In this document: piece by piece, positions 53,810 through 64,000 of the stretch
Numbering within the stretch: position 1 is the stretch's first letter
How the letters are laid out: each line of letters begins with the position of its first letter
Source: Octopus sinensis
Lineage: Eukaryota
Assembly (NCBI RefSeq): GCF_006345805.1
Contig: NC_043014.1
Span: 18,538,001-18,602,000, forward strand
Length of the DNA: 64,000 nucleotides
Reading direction: 5' to 3'
Position numbers and translations under genes: made by a program
Notes under the pieces: model-generated
What the model saw: the letters and a program-made list of their open reading frames with translations, nothing else
What the model was told of the DNA's origin: nothing
The model's database searches: none

Positions 53810-54482
53810 AAAAACGCACTCATTTAAGAATGAAATTGCTAAGGAAAACAGCTAACGATAACGGTGTGAACGGGACTGGAGCCACTTGTGAAGGTGCCAA
53901 ATTCTTCAGGTCTTCCATTGTGCAACAGTGTAGGCCTGGTAGTAATGCAGCAACTGCTAGTATTGCGGTGAGACTAAGGTGGGGTAAGCAAGTAAGCATG
54001 ATAATTATGGAGTGTTACTATCAGAAAATTCCTGTAGATCAAATGGCATGCAAATCAGAGGATACAGACAATGAATGCACAGTGAATAGAAGGCGATGGA
54101 CCCGTTTGAAATTACTGATCAAAGTTTATGTGATTAAGCAAGAGGAATACGAAGGCATGTATGGTTATTAAAATTGGAGTCGGAAGCTATCGAAATAAGG
54201 GTATTTGGCAACGTTGCGCAGATGGGAAATGGCTTTAGTTTAATGGAAGAAATGGACAATTGCTCACACTATTATACTCTTTTACTCTCTTACTTGTTTT
54301 AGTCATTTGACCGCGGCCATGCTGGATCACTGCCTTTAGTCGGTCAAATCGACCCCAGGACTTATTCTTTGGAAGCCTAGTACTTATTCTATCGGTCTCT
54401 TTTGCCGAAGCGCTAAGTTACAGGGACGTAAACACACCAGCATCGGTTGTAAAGCGATGTTGAGGGGACAAACACAGACACA

Positions 54483-54520
<38 letters not shown>

Positions 54521-55250
54521 CATATATGTATGCATATACACGACGGGCTTCTTTCAGTTTCCGTCTACCAATCTACTCACAAGGCTTTGGTCGGCCCGAG
54601 GCTATAATAGAAGACACTTGCCCAAGGTGCCACACAGTGGGAATGAACCCGGAACTATCCGGTTGGTAAGCAAGCTACTTACCACATAGCCACTCCTGCA
54701 CCTATACTGCTCATTTAAACGATGAAGACTAGACGATGACATAGAGTGCTTCCGATCTATTAAATGCAGAAGAGACAGAATATATGCGTGACGTCATAAA
54801 GGCTAACCAATGGAGATTAAATTAAAAACAAGTAAAGTCAATAATGTATTGAGACACATTGAAACAAAGAACATCACACAAGCAAATAAACTCATCAAGG
54901 TTGCAGGGAGGACTGCTTCAGAAAGGACGGGATTTAAGATCAATGGGAACAGAAAATTGACGGAAACGAAAGGAAATAAACAACCTTCTTGGAAAAGAAG
55001 AGATCGGAATATATTAGCTCCCCGAATAGTGTAGTATCAGTACTTGACAGGAAAAGAAAAGGGCTATTGAAGAATAATCGTAAGTTTGGAAAATTGAAGA
55101 TGTGGCGTGTTGGTACAAAAGGACTAATTGTTTCAAATGAAAAGCTAAAACACCCCTTACTTGCCCAGAAAACAACACTAACTAGGTTTGAGCAATGGAT
55201 TAAAGAATACCGACGAAACTGAATATTTAGCATCCACCAAAACTATTATA
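53810..55250 (+). mobile_element. Dong/R4-type LINE, 5'/N-terminal relic, interrupted by a SINE
   Basis: RWGKQVSMIIMECYY...PVD; LRHIETKNITQANKLIK; QPSWKRR; LAQKTTLTRFEQWIKEYRRN. Confidence 0.7.
54275..54702 (-). mobile_element. tRNA-derived SINE (family A), full length
   Basis: Matches 35785-36228 end to end. Confidence 0.9.
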
Positions 55251-56074
55251 TCAAGAAATTAACGACGATTTAGCCTGCAAAAGATTAGTTTCTGATGCAA
55301 TCAAATTCGATAGTTTTCGGGTGAGATATAGGATAACCATGAACAGTACAATACGGCACCCGAATGGCTCCTCTGCAAGGACAGTATCAAAAGAATGGGC
55401 ATAAAAAGATCGTATCTAGGGATTTTGGATAAAAAGTTCAATTGATGCCATAAATCGTTGGCACAGCAATTTAATGTAATGTTTGCTGTAGCAGAAGAAG
55501 TTCCAGGAGAGAATTTTCACTTGCCATATAGAACTTCACGTCGTTTCAGACTGCACGATATTAAACCGTCCGTTTTCCTGTCCATTCATCTATAGGGAAA
55601 GTACGTATTTTGACTTGCTTCTTTCGACAAAGATAATATTTCCGATCGTGAAATTCAGGCCGTGTGCTTAGGCCAGATTTTTTTCTATTTAAAGAAAGTG
55701 CTCTACCTACAACTGAGAGGTTTTGATGAATGTCAGTAATTTGTCTATGGTGTCGTTAGTAATGGCAAGAGTGTTCCTTTACGTTATAGCGGAAATTATA
55801 GTGGTTATTTTGCGGTTATATAAAATCTGATCTAGCAGTTAGTACTGTGGTTATATCTATAGTGTTTCAGCGCTACTGTTGCCGATGGAGGTGGTAGTGA
55901 TGATGTTGTCAATATCGTTGATGTTTTTGGTACCGCTATTTGCGTTGGATACATTGGTTTTGTAATCGTTGTTTTTGCTGCTGTTTGTTTTGCCGTTTAT
56001 ATTCTCTTTCTGATTGTGAACGAATGAAGAGAACTTTCTCTTTTGTAATAATCGTTTCTACTGAAATTCCAGTG

Positions 56075-56280
56075 ATTGGCGGTCGATAGTCGATTAGATT
56101 GATTCTAGTATTTAAATCGTGCCAATTCCATCGAGCCCGAAAGGGTGACAGGCAAAATCGACCTCTGCGGTATTTGAATATATGAAGATATATAGCGGCG
56201 GTTGGTACAATCGTTTGCACGCAGGACAAACTGTATGAGGGCGTTTCAACTGGCGTGCTAAGGATTGTTCCCGTTCACTG
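56075..56280 (-). mobile_element. SINE family C, highly diverged
   Basis: cccgaaagggtgacaggcaaaatcgacctctgcggtatttgaa core. Confidence 0.6.
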
Positions 56281-57053
56281 CTCTATCCTCTCTCTTGCAA
56301 TAATGACAGGCAGAGGTTGCACCACATTGTATGAATTTTCCATTTGATTTCCCTCCAGTTCGTCATGTGACTCTATAGTTGAAATTATAAAAAAAATCTC
56401 TATTCAACAAACATATTCTCAATAGGTTCGACTCCCCATAGAGGCCGGTTTACGAAAATAATCACATTTCTCTCCTCATAGTAGCTTCAATAGCAAAAAG
56501 AACAAAACAAAACAAAACAAAAAATTCCACGAGCAAACAAACGAATAAAATTACGAAAATACAGTAACAAAAGCCTAAATAGCCAATGCAGTAACCATTG
56601 TATTGAAACTTATGTATCAGCTAGAAACGTGACGTAAAATAATTATATTAATGTCAGCAACATTAAAAGCGTATCACGAATAACAGAGTGAGATGTAATT
56701 TGTTCAAGATATTTTATGTAGTTATATTGCTATAGTGGAGACAATATTTGAAGTAGTAAAACACAACGTCGGTTGAGCGTTTCTTAATAGTTTGCCGAGC
56801 TAAGTTGTAGCGTTAGAAAACCACATTGTATAAATTGGTTGTGAATTGCCCAAATGTATCGCTCACTTCAAAATGGCGTTAGTTGGAGAGACATATTGAA
56901 TAGGTCAAGTGATGTCTGAAGAACGCTAAGTGCAGTTGCTGATGAGGCTTATGAGTTTAATAAAGATGCTCTCAATACACCGCTCCGTTCTATTATCTCT
57001 TACACTCTCTCAATCATTCCATTTCCATAGGGTGTGTGATGTTATATATATAT

Positions 57054-57133
<80 letters not shown>

Positions 57134-57395
57134 TATATATACATATATATATGCGCGTGTGTGTGTGTGTATTTGTGTGTGTATGGGTGTGTGTTTGTGT
57201 GTATACAGAGAAAGAGAGAAAGTGGAAAATCTAATTGTTCGTTGGTAAGGACATGCATGTGATTAAGCACATATACATACACGCACAAACGCAAACGCGC
57301 CTGTATATATATATATATATATATAATATATATATATTTATATACCTATATATATACACATATATATTTATATGTATATATATATATATATATAT

Positions 57396-57429
<34 letters not shown>

Positions 57430-57632
57430 CTGTGTGTGTATAGTATCGATCGCACATGCTCAATGTATGTTTTGTTTGTTCGCTGGATTCCTTCCGGTGT
57501 AGCTTTTAGGGAGGACTCCCTCTTAACGCGGGGTGTTAAAACAACTCATAGTCGGAGGCAGGCAAGACAACTCGCCTTTGATTGAATTCAGGTGAGATCG
57601 ATGAAGATATTTCGCCATATTTGGTACTAATT

Positions 57633-57783
57633 CAGTTCTATATTTAAGAGATGAGAAATTATGAACATTATTTACATTGTTTACATTTGACGGATATTTG
57701 TCCTCATCTTGTTTCCTGTTAACACAACGTTTCAGCTGATATACCCTCCAGCCTTCATCAGGTGTCTTGGGGAAATTTCTAAC
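57633..57783 (-). repeat. Short hammerhead-bearing element, left (5'-truncated) copy
   Basis: Inverted match to 58004-58122. Confidence 0.85.
57721..57766 (-). ncRNA. Minimal hammerhead ribozyme with intact CUGAUGA core
   Basis: gacac-CTGATGA-a-ggctg-gagggtatat-cagct-GAA-acgt-T-gtgtt. Stems I and II pair; the palindrome AACGTT replaces stem III. Confidence 0.75.
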
Positions 57784-57891
57784 GAGAGCTGTTCCCGTTA
57801 TTATCGATACCCTAGGTATGATGGAAGGAGGATTATGATGATGATGATGATGATGATAATAATAATAATAATGATAATAATAATAATAATG

Positions 57892-57945
<54 letters not shown>

Positions 57946-57967
57946 TAATAATAATAATAATAATAAT

Positions 57968-58122
57968 AATTACATCGAAAAATACCTTAGGAATGAGAAC
58001 TCAGGTTGGAAATTTCCACAAACACTTGATGAAGGCTGGAGGGTATATCAGCCGAAACGTTGTGTTAACAACAAACAAGATGAAGACAAATATCCGTCAA
58101 ATGTAAATAATGTAAATAATGT
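57968..58122 (+). repeat. Short hammerhead-bearing element, right copy
   Basis: Starts at (AAT)n with tacatcgaaaaataccttagg and ends atgtaaataatgtaaataatgt. Confidence 0.85.
58021..58066 (+). ncRNA. Minimal hammerhead ribozyme (C3U core variant)
   Basis: aacac-TTGATGA-a-ggctg-gagggtatat-cagcc-GAA-acgt-T-gtgtt. Stems I and II are perfectly paired. Confidence 0.72.
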
Positions 58123-58577
58123 ATATTTGGTGCTGTTCAATATCACGTACTTGAATCTAACCATGGACGAATTGAATCGCCAGTCTATTACTACATATGA
58201 ATAGTGTATGAAGTACTCGCTAACGTTCCAAGATGCTGAACATGTAAGATTAAATTCTGAAACGAATTCAAATCAGCGCTAGTATTGTGGACATTATCGA
58301 TCAGTATTCATCTCTCCTGAATTTGATCCGAGGTAAGTTGTCACGCCATCTTATAACTTTCAGTTGCTTTAACACCACCGTTTATGATGGAGTCGTCCCC
58401 AATCGCAATGCGCAGCGAATCCGTCGAAAAAACAAAAGAAATACATTGAATAAGGTGCGATCGAGATGTGTGTGTGTGTGTGCGTGTGTCTGTACGTATG
58501 TGTACGTGTGTATGTATGTACGACTCTTCCAAAACTGCGAATTCTTTCAAAACTGCCAAAATTTGAAACAATTGTTA

Positions 58578-59189
58578 GTATTGAGTGAGAGAGAAGTGCA
58601 TGCTATAAAAGTGACACTAGGGTAGAAATATACGAATCCGAATATACTTATCATTACTATCCGTCTAATAAGGGTACGCATAGGACTTGCATCGCAACCA
58701 CATTTGCGTGACATGGTGAACCTATTCTTCAGATTAAGTGGCCCATCCTGCTCAAAAGGACCCTAGATGAAAGCTGTTCAAGGATGATAAACAGCGCATA
58801 CCTTGCAGGTGGGGCCCAGTTAGAATTTTCTTCTGGTCGAGTAACCCATCCCGTTCAAAAGGTCCCTGAATAAGGGTTGTTTAAGGATGTTGATGAAACA
58901 CTCATGTTTACAAAGGTGAATTATTCAAACCCCAAAGATTCCCTCTCAACATATGACTATGATACTCCTCCACTACTTCAGCTCGTGATCAGAGATGCAC
59001 ATATCGCCAGCCACTGAGGGACATGCTCAACTGGTTAAGGTCAAACAACTGACAAGCAAATCTGTGGTATTGAGCAGAATATTTGCTGTAGCCCATTTTT
59101 TATACCAAGACAAAACAATGTACATGATAACAATTCCAATCAGTTAAGATCAGAAGCCACGAAAACCACTGCCTGGTACTGCATCAGGG

Positions 59190-59192
<3 letters not shown>
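58578..59192 (-). repeat. TAA-flanked about 600-bp repeat family copy
   Basis: Matches 50921-51471, with an internal rearrangement near 58730-58800. Confidence 0.88.
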
Positions 59193-59254
<62 letters not shown>

Positions 59255-59273
<19 letters not shown>

Positions 59274-59870
59274 AATCCTCCTTCCATCATACCTAGGGTA
59301 TCGATAATAACGGGAACAGCTCTGGTTTTAAGTAGCCACATCTTTTGTATTTCAATTTCCAGGCCCTTATATTGACTTAGGTTGTCAAATTCGTCGACGG
59401 ATATACTTTTATCAGTGGGAACACTTACATCTATTAGTCTTCAAGTATTTCTTCCCCGGTCTGTAATAAATATGTCTGGTCAATTAGTCTAGATCATTCT
59501 GTCAATGTTGACATTTTTATTTTCAACGACTGTCTCGGGGTGAAATTCATACCAGTGAGCAAGAGTGCTGATTTTTTATGTTTACATAATTTCCAATGTA
59601 AATATTGTCCTACACTATCGGGGTGATTTTTGTATTCGTTTGGTGTCAGCACAGGACATCCCGAGACGAGTTGGTCTATTGTTTAATCGAGAGGGTCAGA
59701 ACGTTAACCTGGTAGATTTTTATGAGTAAGCTTTGATCTTGTACCGCCAACATGAAAACACGAGTCTCTGCTTTCCGTCCTGAACTTCTCAGCCACGAAT
59801 GAGTTATTGGTTGACCTACATCAGCATTTCGACTCTGTCCATGCAGAAGCTTCTGGCTCCACCGCTCATC
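59255..59870 (-). mobile_element. Dong/R4-type LINE C-terminal relic
   Basis: WSQKLLHGQ, WLRSSGRKAETRVFMLAVQDQSL, QYLHWKLC and LKTRAVPVIIDTLGM; ends abruptly in (ATG)n(ATA)n. Confidence 0.8.
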
Positions 59871-59979
59871 AGTTTGTTTCTGCCGTTCTTTTAATTTTTC
59901 TTCTCCTCCTCCTCTTCCTCTTCCTCTTCTTCTTCTTCTTCTTCTTCTTCTTCTTCTTCTTCTTCTTCTTCTTCTTCTT

Positions 59980-60010
<31 letters not shown>

Positions 60011-60027
60011 TTATTATTATTATTATT

Positions 60028-60149
<122 letters not shown>

Positions 60150-60344
60150 CATTGAGTGAAAGAGCAGTGCAGGTCATCAAAGGTCGGTTTATTTTGAAAG
60201 TTTCTTCATTTCTTTTAGAGAAACGTTGTCATCTGTTCACATCATCATCATCATCATCACCTCAACCACCACCACCACCGCTGCCGCCGTCGTCGTCGTT
60301 GTTGTTGTTGTTGTTGTTATTATTATTATTATTATTATTATTTA

Positions 60345-61040
60345 CTTTTAATTTGCATGTTTCACCCGCCGATACACTCCCAGAGTTGCAAGGCGATTGA
60401 AGGATATGAAATGTTACAGTTTGACTGAAAGCTTGTGTTGTATTACATGGCGGTATCTCTGTAATGGTAAAGGGAGCTGTCACCAGCAATGGTCGTTCTG
60501 AGCTGATCGAATGTGTTGGAACCATAAGCTCTGAAAAATGCATTAAAATACTTAAGCAAGGACTACTTTCGATGTATTCACACGATAACATAACGAAAAA
60601 TGAGATTTTATTCCTGGAAGATGGGGCTCAATGCCACACAACGAAAAGGAATCAACAATGGCTGACTGAAAATGGGATCAAAAAGCTTCCTTGGCCGAGC
60701 CAATCTCCTGACATGAACCCAACTGAAAATCTTTGGAGCATACTAGATAGAGCTATACGAAAAACTAGACAGAAACCTAAATCTAAAGATGAATTGTTTT
60801 GATTGTTGCGTGCAAAGTGGGCATAAATTCCACAAGAGACAATCAGTTCAATGCCAAAAAGAGTTTTTGAATTAAAAACTGCAAAAGGAATGTCAGCGAA
60901 ATACCAAAGTATGTAGTCCCACCTATCGATTACATTTCAATTGTTTACTTTCCGTATTGAATAAAAGATTTTGAAAATTAAAGGTGTTTATTTACTTCCT
61001 GCATGTCTGCTTAGATTTACTTAATTTCGCCTTATCAATA
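60345..61040 (+). mobile_element. Tc1-family transposon, 3' half (second D and E of DD34E)
   Basis: ORF 60464-60802: LFLEDGAQCHT...WPSQSPDMNPTENLWSIL; upstream HGGISVMV. Confidence 0.88.
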
Positions 61041-61079
61041 TACTTCCAAATTTTTTCGTTCTAATAGTAATATCACTTC

Positions 61080-62491
61080 CAGCGTCTAACCCCGTTTTAG
61101 TACTTATGTTTTTCATTTTCACATTTACGAATTTTCTCTTTGTTTTTTTTTACCATTTTCTTTTGCCAACATACTGTAGATTCCTTGTGCCAACGTTTTG
61201 TTATCTTAGTTTTACAGTGTACTTTTACGTGTCCAATTTTTCTACAACGTAAACATTCCACTTTCTTAAATGGACAATTTTTCCTCATGTGTAGATCTTC
61301 ATATGCAAAACATGAGCTTTTTTCCTGATTTTTGTCCTGTTTGTATTGTATTTTAGTACACTCTTAAATTCCATTCTGCCTATTTCGCACTTGTTTCACT
61401 TGGGAGCAAACTTTTGTTCAACTTTCTCTGTGTCGTGTCTTAAATTTACGTTCTTTCACACGCTTGTAACACTTGCTGTAAGGTTACAACTTGGTTTTCT
61501 TCCAGCTTAACGAGAATTCTTGTTCTTACGTCTGCGTGTGTCTCTACAGTTAGTCCCTTAGTAAATATGAGGTACTTGAACATATCTGTCGTTAATTCGT
61601 CCAGCTTGAACTTCTCACATTCCCTGTTAACTCTACCAACATATGTGATGTAGTCTTCCACGTTTTTCTTTTCTAGGTTCAAACATTTCCAACGTGTATT
61701 GAACAACGAGCTTTCCTCACTGAAAATTTTTCACAATATATCTATTATATCTTTAAAGTTTATGTCAAAATATATTTTCGTAATTGATGTAACGCTACTA
61801 TTCTCCTGCTGCCAGTTTTCTTCAGATTAAACGCGTTTCCATATCGTCTCCCCAATCTTTGCTCTCTTTATTGAAGATTTGCTCGTATCTTCTATAGTGA
61901 GCCTCGAAGGTAACTCTTTCGTCTAGTTCGTATTTTAACTCCGTTATCGAGTTCGCAACATATTCTAGTGAGAACATTTTTTTCAGCATTTTCTGACGAC
62001 TTACTATTCTTTAATTGCAATTATTGTTGCTGTAATAGTAATTATTGTTGTTGCTTCTGCTGTTTGCAGTTGTAGCTGCTGTTGCTCTTGTTTCTGCTTT
62101 TGTTGCTTCTACTGTTATTCTTGCAGTTGTAGCTGCTGCTGTTGTTGTTCTTCCAGTTGCTGTTGTTGCTGCTTTTGCAACTAGAGCAAACCGGCAAACA
62201 ATTTTCCATAATTTTGCAGTTTTCTTTACCGTAAAATTCGCACGAAAATAAAACCTTTGCGCATTTGTTAATTCCGCATAGCCACTATTGTAATCCTTAA
62301 TGTCGGATTATCATAACGCCCACTGTGATATAACAGTATAGTTAGTAAGACAAGTAAGACCACGACTACTTATGGCCGTCTACCTCGTACACTCTCTCTA
62401 TACTGACCGACGTTCCCTTATTCATAGCGACTATCACATACCACTTGTCACGTAAGAGGGGTGTACCATAATTACTATTCTCCTCACAACA
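61080..62491 (-). mobile_element. Ty3/Gypsy LTR retrotransposon, 5' LTR + PBS + gag, 3'-truncated
   Basis: gag motifs YVANSITE...TFEAHYRRYEQIF, FNTRWKCLNL..VNRECEKFKLDELTTDMFK, and Zn-knuckle CPFKKVECLRCRKIGHVKVHC. PBS-like atagtggctatgcgg at 62288-62274. Confidence 0.88.
62289..62491 (-). repeat. LTR (203 bp) of the Gypsy element
   Basis: Minus strand begins TGTTGT and ends TTACA, immediately before the PBS-like sequence. Confidence 0.75.
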
Positions 62492-63406
62492 GTCTGCGAG
62501 ATACTATCTGCCCCTAAGGATTGATATGTTTGCGACGACTATTTACAATGCTAACCGTAAGAAGAACTGCCTAACGTATACATCGAAGGCATGTCAGAAC
62601 CAGCAGATGTTCACACATTTAAAAACAAGGAACATTCCAATAATACCATTAATTCGGTTCCAACATAGCACAATTGATATTGTTCTGTGAGACAGAACAA
62701 GTGATATTGTTTGTGCAGAGGCCAGCTGCCTAACGGATGTGAATGTACAATCAAAAGTCCAGGAAAAAGAGAAAATTTATGTTGAATCAAAGTGTAACTT
62801 ACAGCTTTTGTAGCTGGCTATCGATTCTCATTTCCACTAATCATTATAGGTGCATTACGTATGCGCCAACAAATTTGCACAAAAAACCCCAAAAAAGAAA
62901 TACTCAGTTACAGGGAAAGAGAGCAAAAGAAACTGATGCGATTTCTTCAAATGCAATCTATTAGTGGCACAGTGAAGATTTGTAAGACATTCCAAAAATT
63001 CTCCAAGAGAGTTGTTCATGTGAATAGATGCACAAACTTGGGTGTATGCATCGCCAGTGCAACCAACACGCAATCTTAGCCACAAATGTACAAACATCGA
63101 GAACTGTCTTAATTCAAAAAGCCAATTTGTTAGCGAAAGGCTTTAACATTCTCAAAAGCTTAATCAAATTCAAAGAAAAATCATACATACATACGTAGTA
63201 GATGTCTACTTCTTATAGGGCTTGACCTATCTTGAGCCCTGAAAAGTGTATGAAGAGCTGATCACATATATTGCAGCATTGAACCATTTCGGCATAGTTG
63301 CATTTTCTGTTAGTTTATTATCAATATTCAAGTGCCACTGGAATCCTTCACGTTACTTGCAGGCTTTTTGACAGACAATGCATTTAAAGATACATACATA
63401 CATACA

Positions 63407-63440
<34 letters not shown>

Positions 63441-64000
63441 CATACATACATACAGACAGACAGACAGACAGACATACAACAACCCTTCTGTTTCTATCAT
63501 TTCTGACTTTCAACACAATCCATCTTATTCCATTACACTCTGGATTTGTATCTGTTTTTCTCTTTCTCTACGGCTTTTAAAGCAATTTTAATTTTACATT
63601 ATTTCTCTATATATTTATTAACCTTTCTCTATATCGCTGCCCTCACCTTTTTCTATATTCACGTGCCTTATATATATATATATATATTTTAACCGTTCTT
63701 TTCATTCACTCTCTGCCGTTTTACATACTCGTTCACGCCCAACAGTTTTCTTCTATTATTCACCTAACATTTTTCTATATTTTCCACATATTCTTCCCCA
63801 CCTTTACACACGTTGTAATTTAATTTGTTTTTCTGTTACCTACTACACCACTTTCTCTTACGTTTCCCCTTTTTTACTGCCTTATGGCTACACATTCACC
63901 TCCAGCCAACCAGCTGCACCCAACGCCTTTCATATCCACCCTTTGCCCATCCACGTAAAAAGGTGGGGAAATGCATACATCTCCCCATCTTTTACATTCT

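Overview
AT-rich, microsatellite-dense animal DNA. The SINE types, the Dong/R4 and RTE LINEs and the 5S sequence type suggest an octopus or other cephalopod genome; this is inferred from recognition, not from a search. No complete host gene is visible, and most listed ORFs are translated microsatellites. The window is a mosaic of decayed and nested mobile elements: RTE, CR1/L2-like, L1/Tx1-like and several Dong/R4-type (RLE) LINEs; four Penelope-like element (PLE) relics, three of them Naiad-type; two Tc1 relics and one mariner/maT-like deletion derivative; hAT-like MITEs; a non-autonomous Helitron and an open Helitron helicase fragment; the 5' LTR plus gag of a Ty3/Gypsy element; and four short interspersed repeat families. 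It also holds a dispersed 5S rRNA pseudogene, several minimal hammerhead-ribozyme motifs, four local duplications and two phase-compatible candidate host exons. The most unusual observations are a near-complete Naiad-type PLE whose GIY-YIG nuclease is split by about 170 codons of Asn/Ser-rich sequence, with a hammerhead downstream; short hammerhead-bearing elements, including a head-to-head pair; and a non-coding repeat found only in (TAA)n tracts. Coordinates of decayed elements are approximate.
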